Positions 36,878 to 48,305 of a DNA stretch of 64,000 nucleotides are shown piece by piece. The notes beneath the pieces were generated by a model, which saw nothing but the letters and a program-made list of their open reading frames with translations, was not told where the DNA came from and did no database searches. Each line of letters starts with the position of its first letter. Positions within the stretch are counted from its first letter, which is position 1. Origin of the DNA: Heteronotia binoei (taxonomy: Eukaryota); assembly GCF_032191835.1 (NCBI RefSeq), contig NC_083230.1, forward strand, positions 79,360,001-79,424,000, given 5' to 3'. The position numbers and the translations under genes were made by a program.

Positions 36878-37669
36878 TCAAATTTCCACTTTTTTCTGGC
36901 TTTCCAACCATTCCCTCCTCACATCAGCAATCTCCTGGCCATACCAATCATGCAACTTGGAGAAGCAGGCTGTCTCTGGAGATACAGGGCTTTCCTGTAC
37001 AGTGGAAGCGAGGCCAGCAGTCGGCACTCCACTTATGTTACTGCCTGCCAGTCTTCGACGAGGAGGTAGGGGTGGGGGTTTTAAATATCCCCCATCATGG
37101 TCAAAAGAAACTCCTTCAACAAGAGAATAACTATCACCCCATGTAGCATAACCATTCTCCATGATGACAGGATGCTCCTGGACAGGTACCATGGTGGGGT
37201 TGGAGAGATATCTCTTCCAGCCAGAAGATGACTTCTTTGGAAATTTATGGCTGACAACCAAGCTCTTCCGGGTCTCCTCCAGTTGTTTCTCTAGCTCCTT
37301 AACCACTAGCCTCATGTAATCAAAGCTGGCCCGTGAAAGTGCCTTCACCCAAGCTTCCATAGCCATTTGGCAGTCAGCAACCAGCACATAGGCCTTAGCA
37401 CCAGCCCCATCAAAGCGGATGGCAAAGGCAAACTCCTCTGCAGCCTCGCATAGCTCCACAGTGCAGCCCTCCAACACAATGAGGCCTAGGGGTTCACGAC
37501 TCTCCCGCTCTTCAAAATAGAACAGCAAGTTGCCCTTGAGGACGAACCAGCGACGCTGGTAGGAGGTGGTGTGATGGTGGCGCTCCACACGCTTACATAG
37601 GAAGCCAGTGTGGTCTGCTGGAGAGTCACACGTGGCATAATGGGCCACACTGCGCTCATTCAGCTTCAT
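36878..37669 (-). CDS. PHETA2: PH domain-containing endocytic trafficking adaptor 2 (sesquipedalian-2/IPIP27B), 263 aa, single coding exon
   Basis: MKLNERSVAHYATCDSPADHTGFL...PH domain (RRWFVLKGNLLFYFE), PPLPPRRR SH3 ligand and F&H motif FSKLHDWYGQEI. Acceptor at 37685-37686. Synteny between SMDT1 and NAGA favours PHETA2 over PHETA1. Confidence 0.93.
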   Translation of the reverse strand: MKLNERSVAHYATCDSPADHTGFLCKRVERHHHTTSYQRRWFVLKGNLLFYFEERESREPLGLIVLEGCTVELCEAAEEFAFAIRFDGAGAKAYVLVADCQMAMEAWVKALSRASFDYMRLVVKELEKQLEETRKSLVVSHKFPKKSSSGWKRYLSNPTMVPVQEHPVIMENGYATWGDSYSLVEGVSFDHDGGYLKPPPLPPRRRLAGSNISGVPTAGLASTVQESPVSPETACFSKLHDWYGQEIADVRREWLESQKKVEI

Positions 37670-37688
37670 AGTAATGATGTGCCCCTGC

Positions 37689-37712
37689 AGAGAGAGAGAG
37701 ACAGAGAGAGAG
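37689..37712. repeat. (GA)n microsatellite serving as the polypyrimidine tract of the PHETA2 coding exon
   Basis: agagagagagagacagagagagag adjacent to the minus-strand AG acceptor. Confidence 0.8.
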
Positions 37713-40304
37713 AAATGCACTGAACTTCCAATTTGGCATAGATTGCGTAATTCAACTAAATACAGGCCACCCAAGTCTTTTGAAAGATAACCCTTTCTGC
37801 AGCATCAGATCTACCACTACAGTCAGTGATTCTGGGCTAAACCCTTACACCACTAAGATCCAGCCTACTCTCAGGAATATTTATTAAAGTATCCAGAGCT
37901 AGGCCACCCATTAGGTATTACAGGAGCAAAGGAGAGGCTTCCATATTTAGCAACATCAACTTGCAGCAACCAACAGATTAGCAAGGTGTAGACTGTTAGA
38001 TAAGAATCTGGGAGACCCAAATTCCAATCCTCACTCTGCCATGGAAACTTCCTGGGTGACCTTGGGCCAGACAAATGCTCTCAGCCTAACCAACCTCACA
38101 GGGGTTTTTAAGAACAGAATGGGAGGAGACAAGAACAATGTAAAGTGCTATAAATGAAGTAAACAAATGCAATCACCTGCCCCTATTCATGGAGAAATGG
38201 GACTTTGACCTGACCTTTGCAGTCATATAAAGCCATGTTTGCACCAATATAGAAAATGGAGGGTTAGATGGTAGTTCTCTGGACATTTCTTAGACCAAAA
38301 GACTTGTTGGGCTTCATCTTTCTCCTTGCTGCTGATTCCAGTCACTGCAAAGATGCTGAAGATCAGAATCCCAATCTGAAATAGAAAATGGTTCAACTAA
38401 TATTTCTGCAGACATAGAACAGAACCCAAGAACTATGAAGTATCGTAATCCTCCATGGTTTCTTGTCCTTAAGATATCATCGTATTCACAAAGGTAATAT
38501 TACGCATATAAATACATTCAGCCTTTCTGGTTAGAGTTTCTATTCCTGGTTATGTTGATTCTTTTCCTGCCATCCATGCTGACAGAACTGTTCCAGTGTC
38601 CTAGTACATAATAACAGACACACCCATAATTCTGTAAGGATTGCAACAAATGTCGGTTGAAATAAAGCGCTAGAGGGTGCAACTCATTCGGAATGATTTT
38701 GCCGCTGAAATGACTTGGGATTCAAAGTCCCAAGAAACTGATGGAGGTTATAAGCTGTGCACAACCACCAGCAAAGCAGTGTGCCACAAGGAATGTGTGG
38801 AGCTGTGGCTATAAGCCCAAGAGATGAGCTTGCTTTTATTTTGTTTTTAAATGGCAAGCTTAGATCACGCACAAACCCTTTGCAGGCCTTCTCTTTCTTC
38901 ATCCCAACCCAACCATCCCCTCTCCTGTCTCCACATGTACCTGTCCTTCCCCAGCTCCTGTAACTAATAAAGTTGAGGAGGCTTTCCAGGCACTGATGGT
39001 GCAAGTCCTTTCTTCTTGACAGCACCTGGCTATTCTGCGCTATAACAGTCAAAGTTGCCTATTGACCTCCATTCCCCCCCCCCTACTAATATATCACAGG
39101 CTGAGAAATGGAGAAAACAACTGTTGAATTTCAACCATTGAACTTCTGCCAGGAAAAGAAAAGCACAATTTCTAGAATATCTTATTCAACCACCAAAACC
39201 ACTAGTTTTTTTCTGATTCTGCCCTTGGGATGTACACTTTATTCCAGATGCACAAATTTGTTTTGTTACATTTGGAACCATTGATCTCCACGTTAAGCAT
39301 ATGTCAAGCGCCAATATTTCTCACTAAGCAGTCTTTTGTTTTAAATCAAAGCTGTTTTATTGTTAGAAATTCAGAAGCTGTACTAAGGACGCAAGCCTTG
39401 GGAGTAATGATGTATATAGGGTTACACAGTTGCTAAATAAGGTATCTTCAAAGGTTACATTACAGATGCATACTTGAGTCATGGGTTCAAAGGTTACTAA
39501 ACACTCTTTTATTACTAAGGAATTTAGGCTATTAAAAACATCTCCCTTTCTCACACTTCTCTAGCAGAAGATAAGAGTTGTCTGTGTGAACCTGTGGGAA
39601 AGACAACTTGGTACCAGCCTGGCTGTAGCATAAACATCCTTGGACCAGATGGATTTATTACTCGCCCAATGGTTGTACATAAGGGGGGAGCAGTAGAGAG
39701 CTGGTGACCTGCTCTTTGTCTAAGAAACAATTATGTTACAGAAATAAGCGCGCTTGACAGCATATTACTGCCCTGTGGCCTACCTGAATTTGGTCCCTAG
39801 AGCCAAAATACTTCAAGATACATTTAGAACAAGAAAGGTGTTTCCAAAGCACCAGACCATCTGGGTATGCCGAAGAAAAAGGTTTCACTCGGTTAACGGA
39901 CTTTCCAGAACATTGTTTCCAATTCAAGACACAAACTTGCTCTAAACGAAGAGGTAGATAATCCACTTTACCTCGTTTTATTTCAGGAATCCAAATATCT
40001 GGGTCCTCTGTCGCATCTGCCCGTTATCCCTACCCCTCCCTTTTTTAGAGCACTTTCCTCTTGGCTACCCTCTTCTTTTGTTAAACTCGGCTACTACTCG
40101 CGCAGATTTCGTGAAGCAAAACCCGGAACGCATAATCCTTAGTGCCGGAGGAAGTGCATGGGCTGTCCGGGATAGCGCTCTGGAAGCCAGGTTTTCCAGC
40201 AACCTCAAATCAGTCACAGAGACGCTATTTCACTCTGTTGATTTCCCCCATTCCTTTCTTTCCTTCCAGGTCCTGGAAGCCACATATAGGAGAAAGATCC
40301 AAGT

Positions 40305-40464
40305 AGGCAGCCGTGTTGGTCAGAAGTAGTAGAACAAAATAGGAGTCGATTGCACCTTTAAGACCAACTTAGTTTTATTCAGAGCGTAAGAGCACACGAA
40401 AACTGACGGTGTGAATAAAACTAAGTTGGGCTTAAAGGTGCAATCGACTCCTATTTTGTTCTAC
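40305..40464. repeat. Penelope pLTR-derived inverted repeat (near-perfect hairpin)
   Basis: Arms 40329-40381 and 40412-40464 match at 52 of 53 bp around a 30-nt loop. Same family as 13620-13784. Confidence 0.85.
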
Positions 40465-40976
40465 ATATAGGAGAATTCCGACATACCTGCCACGATCGAA
40501 GCTTCTTTGCTTTTGCCAAGGATGTCTTTGCTGGTTAAGTTTTTTTTTCTTGGTCGTTTCATTGCCCCTATAAATGATATCCTTGTGCAATTACATGAAG
40601 CAGGCAAAGTATGCTCCTTCCAAAATGTGGAGGCAGTTTAAGCGCTCAGAATTTGCTCCCTAAAATTTCATTGCTAATATTATTTTGTAACAGTAGTTTT
40701 ATCTTAAATTTATGCCAGTTGCTAACAGCTTAGAGTTATAAAATCCTCATTTAGAAAGTTCATAGGACCAGGTGTAAATGCTCCAGGGTGAATATACATT
40801 CAGAAACACAAGCCTCGGTGATCATACTTATTATTTTTAAATATGTAACCTATGCCAAGAGGAAATGTCCACTTCCATGTCAACTCCTGACCTTATTCTA
40901 CGATCTCTCTCTAACCAAAGAAGAAATTGCTTTTTAGGACTACCTAGGACTTCCTTTTTTACCTAAAACTACCTAA

Positions 40977-41277
40977 GAGCCCCGTGGTGCAGAGTGGTAA
41001 AGCTGCAGTACTGCAGTCGGAGCCCTCTGCTCACGACCTGAGTTCGATCCCAGCGAAAGCTGGTTCAGGTAGCTGGCTCCAGGCTGACTCAGCCTTCCAT
41101 CCTTCCGAGGCCGGTAAAATGAGTACCCAGCTGCTGGGGGGGGGGGGAGTGTAGACTACTGGGGAAGGCAATGGCAAACCACCCCGTAAAAAGTCTGCCA
41201 TGAAAACGTTGTGAAATCAACGTCACCCCAGAGTCGAAAGCGACTGGTGCTTGCACAGGGGACTACCTATGCCTTTA
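40977..41277 (+). mobile_element. Sauria SINE
   Basis: Same family as 23051-23352; CpGs retained. Confidence 0.88.
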
Positions 41278-41477
41278 AGATTACAATGTTTTAACAGACG
41301 CTGCTAAAATGATAGTTGAACAGAGAAAAGTAAACGAAACTGCAGCGCCTGCTGCGCGCCTCGTTGCCTTCACCAAGCAGCCACGCGAGGGCGCTCCCTT
41401 ACGAAAGCGGCAAAGTGAGGATGATTAAATCGGGAAATAAACACCCCAGCCTCAGGAGGTGCCCGGAGAAAGGAAAG

Positions 41478-41772
41478 GAAAGCTAAGGTCCCTTGCGCAA
41501 GCACCAGTCGTTTCCGACTCTGGGGTGACGTTGCTTTCACAACGTTTTCACGGCAGATTTTTTACTGGGTGGTTTGCTATTGCCTTCCCCAGTCGTTTAC
41601 ACTTTCTCCCCCAGCAAGCTGGGTACACATTTTATGGACCTCGGAAGGATGGAAGGCTGAGTCAACCTGGAGCCGGCTATCTGAAAACCCAGCTTCCACC
41701 GAGGACCGAACTCAGGTCCTGAGCGGAGCTTAGGGCTGCAGTACTGCAGCTTTAACACTTTGTGCCACGGTT
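41478..41772 (-). mobile_element. Sauria SINE (inverted relative to 40977)
   Basis: Reverse complement of the same family. Confidence 0.85.
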
Positions 41773-41894
41773 CCGGAGAAACCCTGAGACTAATCACATG
41801 ACCTATACTGGAAAGGGGCCGAGGCTGAGTCCATATGGAGTTGGATGTACTGAGGAAGGCTGCGAGCACACACACTAAATAATGCACTTTCCAA

Positions 41895-42365
41895 CTGGGT
41901 TGCCAAGTCCAATTCAAGAAATATCTGGGGACTTTGGGGGTGGAGCCAGGTGAAAAAGTGTGTCAAGCGTAATTGGACTCCAAAGGGGTTCTGGCCATCA
42001 CATCTAAAGGGACCTTTTTAAATGTCTTCCTTCCATATGAAATAATGAAGGATAGGGGCACCTTGTTTTGGGGCTCATAGAACTGAACCCCCTAGTCCAA
42101 TCTTTATGAAACTTGGGGAGTATTTTGGAAAGAGACGCTGGATGCGATACTGAAAATTTGGTGTTTCTACCTCAAAACGCAGCCCCACCCCCCAGAGCCC
42201 CAGATACCCGCAGATCAATTCTCCGTTATTTCCTATGGGAATAAGTCTCCATAGGGAATAATAGAGTTCCCAGCAGACATTCCCCTCCCCTCCCCCCGCT
42301 TTCTGATGACTGTGAAGCAGTGGAAGGACCTCCAAACCGGGGGGGGGGGGGGATCGGCAACCCTA
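41895..42365. mobile_element. TAGGGTTGCCAA-family MITE inserted in a small palindromic element (~41867-42423)
   Basis: Ends ctgggttgccaa / tcggcaacccta. Flanked by inverted aatgcactttccaactgg / ccagttggaaagtgcatt. Confidence 0.7.
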
Positions 42366-42454
42366 ATTTTGCCACTTCACACACTAAAATCCAGTTGGAA
42401 AGTGCATTCTTTAGTGTGTGTGATTGCAGCTGAAGAATAGCCAAATACGAAACA

Positions 42455-42810
42455 GCCCTGACCTGGATAGCCCAGGCTAGCCTGATAGTGTTGGATTTTG
42501 GAAGCTAAGCTTATACTCCCTCTAAGTCTTGTGAGCAAAAAAATTCTAGCTTGTGAGCTACTGGCATTGTGAGCTACTGCATAAATTAATTTGCTCCGGG
42601 GTCATTTTTCCAGAGCTAAGACAAAAATGTGTGAGCTGGAGGCTGAAGACCTGTGACTGTGACCTACCTCACACTAACTCAGTTTACAGGGAACACCACG
42701 TGCATGGAATCCCAGGGTCATGATACAGGAGCAGGCAATGGCAAATCACTTCTCATCATCACTTGCCTTGACAACCCTACAGGTTAGCCATGATTTGACT
42801 GCACTTCCTA
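42455..42810 (+). mobile_element. 5S-derived SINE interrupted by a 768-932-family MITE (~42512-42697)
   Basis: Head gccctgacctggatagcc...gaagctaagc as at 26210. Tail gcaggcaatggcaaatcac follows the MITE. Confidence 0.65.
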
Positions 42811-43453
42811 CTGCTGCCTAATGCCAAGCTGGGCCTGGAGCACTTTGAAACAAACAAAGAAGGACCTTGCAAAGAGCTTTAGAAACATAACTGAATTCAT
42901 CTTCCTGTCTCCCATGAGGAAATAGTCTAGCTTTTGAGGGTGAAATGGAGATTAAGGTGCTTCAGAAATCAAAACAACTCCAGAACAGCCTTTGACCATC
43001 TGTTTCCTTACTTTTCTCCCCCCCACCACCACCATACACCTAGTTGTGCACAGGATTACGGCCTTTGTGGGTTTGCTAAATGACTTCTGCATGTTTGGAG
43101 GAAGAGGGAAGAACCTTGATCATTTCCACAGAATCACAAGTGAGCAAAGGAACTGAGTCAATCACTGTCAAAAATCAGGTAAAAGCAGTAGAACAAACTG
43201 GTTATAGTCTGCTTTTTTCACTGAGGCTCAAGGCAAATTACACAATAGCGTAAGTCAATACAATCAACAAGATAATAGAATATAACACAATCAACAAATA
43301 ACAATGCAATAAAACAAGCAAACATCTGAAACAAAGCATAAACATTCACAAAACATGTTTAGCAATGCAGAAATTATGTATTAGGAGCAGGGGTTGTTTT
43401 GTAGAAAAAGAGGTGGTGGAGCTCATTACCATATTAGCATATGCAGCCCTCCA

Positions 43454-43966
43454 TAGGATAGGGTTGCCAATCCCCAGGTGGGGACAGGGGATCCCCCGGT
43501 TTGAAGACCCTCCCGCCGCTTCAGGGTCATCAGAAAGCGGGGGGAGGGGAAGGAAATGTCTGCTGGGAACTCTATTATTCCCTATGGAGATTTATTCCCA
43601 TAGAAAATCATGAAGAATTGATCCGCAGGTATCTGGGGCTCTGGGGGGGCTGTTTTTTGGAATAGATGCACCAAATTTTCAGTATAGCATCTAGTGCCTC
43701 TCCCCAAAATACCCCCCAAGTTTCAAAAAGATTGGACCAGGGGGTCCAATTCTATGAGCCCTAAAAGAAGGTGCCCTTATTCTTCATTATTTCCTATGGA
43801 AGGAAGGAATTGAAAAGGTGTGCCGTCCCTTTAAATGTGAAGGCCGGAACTCCCTTTGGAGTTCAATTATGCTTGTCACAGCCTTGATCTTGGCTCCACC
43901 CCCAAAGTCTCCTGGCTCCACCCCCAAAGTCCCCAGATATTTCTTGAATTGGACTTGGCAACCCTA
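43454..43966. mobile_element. TAGGGTTGCCAA-family MITE with TSD
   Basis: TIR tagggttgccaa (43459) / ttggcaacccta (43966). GCCCTCCA occurs on both sides, with an extra tagga on the left. Confidence 0.82.
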
Positions 43967-44214
43967 GCCCTCCACCAGCCAAAAGCAACCCAACACAAGA
44001 AAGGAGAGCCCAGGGCAAGTGAAACCTGCTTGGGCTGGCTAGAGATTTAGCCAGCCCAAGCAGGCCTTGCTCACCTGGGGCTCTCCTTGGCCATCCCCCC
44101 CCACACACAGTTAAAAGGCCAGCAAGCCCTCCACCACCCAAAATCACATAAGTGTAGAAAGGGTGGTGCGGGCTTCTCCAGGAGTTAATGAGGGCTGCTG
44201 GGGGTGTGGCAGTT

Positions 44215-44830
44215 ATGGGGAGGGAAAAAGGGAACATGGGGAGGAAAAAGGAGGAGGGGGCTAGGGGGTGGGAGAGAACATATCTTTTCTATTTACATTT
44301 CTCTTTCATTTTATCACTTTATATTTACTATTGTTTCATAATCTATATAACATTAACATTTATATCTACTCTTTCTCTTCATCTCTTATATCATTCAAAT
44401 ATTTTGTTCATACTCTTGTAATTCACATTTTCATCTTTCTTATAATTACATCTTACAATACATCCTGTCAACCTCTTATCTAATATACCTTTCTCCAGTC
44501 ATATACATGAACTTTTTCTTATTATCTCCCCGATTATAAAGATTGTAGAAAATTTATTTCATACCCTATTTTTCATGTATTACTTAACCAATCATATAGT
44601 GGTTGCCAGGTCTTTTTGTTTTCTCGTATATTGACATATTTCAATTTAATAGAAAGTATGTCCATTTCTGCAGTTTCTAGAAGCTTTTGAATAAATTCTT
44701 CTTGTTTAGGCACTTGTAATTTCCACCATCTCGCATACACTATCCTTGCTGCTGTTACTGCGTGAATAAAAAACTTGATTGTTGGTTTCAGTAACGAGTT
44801 CTGACAAATATTTAAAAGATACAGTTCTGG
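44215..44830 (-). mobile_element. L1/Tx1-like LINE 3' end
   Basis: KFFIHAVTAARIVYARWWK...WQPLYDWL C-terminal motif followed by an AT-rich 3' UTR. Confidence 0.65.
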
Positions 44831-45009
44831 TTTGTGCTTTTTTTGAGCAGGAATGCACAGGAACGTAGTTCCGGTTGGCTTGGTGTCAGGGGTGTGTGGC
44901 CTAATATGCAAATGAGTTCCTGCTGGGCTTTTTCTTCAAAAAAAGCCCTGTGTGAAAACAATGACATCAGGGGGTGTGGCCTAATATACAAATGAGTTCC
45001 TGTCTAAAA

Positions 45010-45700
45010 GCATCTGGTTTACAACATAGCCTTACCTATGAAAAAAGTCCTGAATAATTCTGTTTTGCATAGTTTGAGAAAAGCCAGGAGGGTGGGAGCC
45101 TTCCAAACCTCCTTGAGCAGGCCATGCCATAAGATGGAGGTCACAACAGGGAATCCCCATGTATGGGCAGTTGTTGATTTTGCCCACTTGCAATGTGGCA
45201 CCTACAGCAGACTGTGCTCCAGTGAGCAAAACTGTTGCACAGGAGGGAGGGTGGTCCACAGAGATGAGGGACCAAAGCCATGAAGGGCTTTGCATGTGAT
45301 AGTATCTTGAACTGAGCCCTTTAACTAATGGGCAGTCAACAGAGTGACTGTAAAATGGGCATGGTGTGCATGCTGTTCCTAGTTCCTGGTAAGAACAGAG
45401 CTGCAGCATTCTATACCAGCTGAAGTCTCTGAGCTGACTTCAAGGGAAGACCTATGTAGAGTTCATTGCAGTAGTCTAGTCTCAGTGTTGCCATGGTGTG
45501 ACAGATGAACCATCTTGCAGGCTAGACTGAATTGGAACAAAAACATTTTAGCAGCTTCGTTAACATGCATCTCCAGTATCAATGCTGGAACCAGTATGAC
45601 CCCTAGGCTCTTCTTAACTGAGTCAGCAAAACCACATTGAAAATGGGAAACATGACAGCCTAAGACCTCCACCTTCACAACCAACATCACTTCCATCTTG
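45010..45700 (-). mobile_element. L2 LINE 3' fragment
   Basis: MHVNEAAKMFLFQ, TRLLQ and KAPTLLAFLKLCKTELF motifs. Confidence 0.75.
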
Positions 45701-46519
45701 TCTGCAATCTATTTATGTCTTCCTTCTTTACTGTAACATAAGCTTTCATAGGCCTGAACCCAATTCATCCAATGTGTCTCCTTTTTGCTTCAGCTGCTGC
45801 ACACTAATAAACTGCAGAAGACTAATATGGCTACTCCATTGGAATCTGAAGCCTTGTTGATGTGGATATTTCCCCTGTAAATAACAATAAAACCTACAAC
45901 CAGAGAGACAAACAGGTTAAATTGTTGGGCAGTGCACCAGAACCTCCGTTAAACTGGAAAGAAAGCCCAAACTCCTTAACAAACTTTCAGCTGGAGACAA
46001 AGCAGGCTTACTCAGATCCCAGTTCCATTTGTTTTGAGGAGATTTACTTCCAAGTAAGTGTGCAAAGGATTGCAGCCTTTGGAGCTCTCTCAGTGATAGA
46101 AAGCTCCACGGCTGCTTCCTGCATTGTACCGGAGAGATATAAAAACAAGCCTCTCTCACTCACTCACACACATACAGAGACACTCAGCTTCTGCTTCCTT
46201 CTCCAGGGCTGCTCTTCCTCTTTTGGGGAGGAAAAAGTGAAAACAAATTGGAGCTTAACACCAACAACATTTAATTCCAGATATAAACCTTGGTGTGCAA
46301 GCAAACTTCTAATTCATGGATGGGTGACAAGCACAATGCACATAGAGGAAATTATTTTGGCTTATTCTGAAAAGTGTTTTTTTAAAAAGAAAAGATTGGA
46401 TTTCTCTGTTCCTATCTATATTTTCTTTCAAAAAGACCCTGATTAGGAATCTGAACACTTGGATTGGTCCTTTTATCTTGAAGAATGAAGTGATTTCAGA
46501 TACAAAATGATAATAGTAC

Positions 46520-47020
46520 ACATGGGTACGGAGACAGGAAAACTGGCTCTCAGGTCAGTCCAGGAGGATGCATTGTCTTGAGCTTCATCATCAATTGCAA
46601 TTCAGCAGTCTCTCTTTCTAATCTTCCTTTGAAATTCCCTTGTAAGAGCACTGCTACTCTTAGGTCAGCAACTGAATGTTGTGGTTTCTAATGTCAGAAT
46701 TATGCATTGATTCTTTGCATCCTCCAGGACTGAATCCTCCTGGATGGAACTGAGACTTATGTTTCTTGTCTCATTGCCAATACTGGTATCTCCAGGGTTA
46801 CTACCTCTCTGCATATCACACCTAATCCAATCAAGCCTGCTATTATCATTCACCTGCTATTGCCATTCAACATCTGAAATGACCTCTATACCTCATGTAT
46901 ACATTTGATGGCATGGTAGGCCCAGCCCAACAATGTGACCTTTATGTCAGATCTGGCCATTGTAACAAATGAGTTGCCTCTGTCCTAGACATTTTGCTGT
47001 GCAGGCTTCATCAGGGGGAA
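46520..47020 (-). mobile_element. Rearranged Penelope-like fragment (GIY-YIG C-terminus plus decayed hammerhead-like motif)
   Basis: Minus strand reads ADLRVAVLLQGNFKGRLERETAELQLMMKL, like the PLE endonuclease C-terminus. cctgatgaagcctgcacagcaaaatgtc at 46984-47016 resembles a CpG-decayed minimal hammerhead. Confidence 0.7.
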
Positions 47021-47714
47021 TCAGAAGTAGTGCTGGAACTGTCCTCAGCAATGAAATTCTTAAAGAAAATTCTTTAATTGCTGTGGACAGTTCCAGAACG
47101 ATGTGATTATCTCTGACAAAGCTTGCACAGCAAAACAAGGGATTTACTTCTAAGTAAATATGCATAGAATTGGACTGCAGGGCAAGAATCCTATTTCCTT
47201 TCTTGAAGCAGTCACACTGAAATCAATTGATGGGGCACTTGCTGTTGCAGGGAGACAGCACCCTACTGAACTCCCGCAGCTGTATTATAAATGTGCAAAC
47301 TGTAATCTTTTTAAATTTGGAGAAAGTATTTACTGCTGTAGTATGATAGACAATTTGTTGGATTTGAGATACAACAATATCCCAGTCCAGGCAACCTCGC
47401 CCCTAGACAGTAATTCTTCATGGTGATCCAGGAAGAGGTTCTGTGGGAGGATAAAGCTGCTTTTCTGGTTCTCACTCAGTTCCTCATTCAAAGGAGAGGG
47501 GCAGAAAGAACCAGGAAGTGGAATGCTGTCACCTGTGCTCGTCAAAATAAACTTTCGGCCAAAGAAGAACTGGTGCAGGTTTGCCTGTGGGAGAAGCTTC
47601 ATGTGGTGTGGAGACAGACTATCGCTGTCCACTTTTCTTATCAGAAGGCACCTGCATACCACTTCCATTCTGTCAGTGTGGTTCATTTTCTTAATCAAGT
47701 AGTTTTGCTTTTGG

Positions 47715-48305
47715 TGCAAGGCGCGCCGCTCTCCAACCATGTGCCCTCGCCGGTTATATTGGCAAAGAAATACTAAAGTTGCCATGGGGGCCTCTGCACC
47801 GTTCCGTTTGTACTGTCATGCCGGAAAACGCTGAATTAGAGATTGGAGGTCACAGATCAGATCCCCCCCCCCCCTCCACCCGGGGTCTTTCTGCTTCTCA
47901 AGACCGAGTGCGGCCACCCTCTCAGCTTTCTTCCATTTCCTTCTGTCGGCAGAAAGCAAAGTCTTCCGATCAGCCGACTGGGTGTTCAAAGCGGCCAGCC
48001 TGGTCAGGTGACCAGTGGGAGGAGAAGAGCACGTGACTGGCCGCCGCTGGGTTCGAAGGGGGATTCCGGTTGCTCTTTTCCTTTACTGCCAATTCTGGGT
48101 AGGTTGGTATTTCTTGCAATTCGCTCGAACAGTGCTGGGGCGCGCGGTTTTTGCCAGTGTTCTGGTGGGTGCTGCTACCTAACAAGGGTCTAGTCGCAGT
48201 TAGCTCTTTGTTTTGAGCATGCAGCTTCTCTTTTTTCATAGTGAACGAAACCGCAGAGAGGAACAGAAGAGAGACGAGCCAGTTAAGTTCCACTCGTTGG
48301 TAAGT
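47715..48305 (+). promoter_or_regulatory. CpG island, candidate NAGA promoter / non-coding first exon with CLEAR-like motifs
   Basis: gtcaggtgac at 48003-48012 and cacgtgac at 48030-48037. Donor-like gg|gtaggt (48099) and ttg|gtaagt (48300). Confidence 0.6.

Larger units (their letters stand above)
39720..41480 (-). promoter_or_regulatory. CpG-rich region, candidate PHETA2 promoter / 5' non-coding exons
   Basis: CpG clusters at ~40000-40200 and ~41300-41470. Minus-strand donor-like sites cgag|gtaaag (~39971) and cag|gtatgt (~40490). Exon use not demonstrated. Confidence 0.4.

Noticed and set aside
37670-37774. 35-aa N-terminal extension of PHETA2 suggested by the ORF track
   Set aside because: Runs through a (CT)n polypyrimidine tract and AG acceptor at 37685, so it is intronic. 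Homology starts at MKLNERS.
40512-40525. tttgccaaggatgt resembles a conserved 18S rRNA segment
   Set aside because: Only about 14 nt, and the flanks do not continue the rRNA sequence. Chance match.
47330-47785. 151-aa and 118-aa overlapping ORFs near the NAGA promoter
   Set aside because: No domain similarity or splice support; within the range expected by chance.
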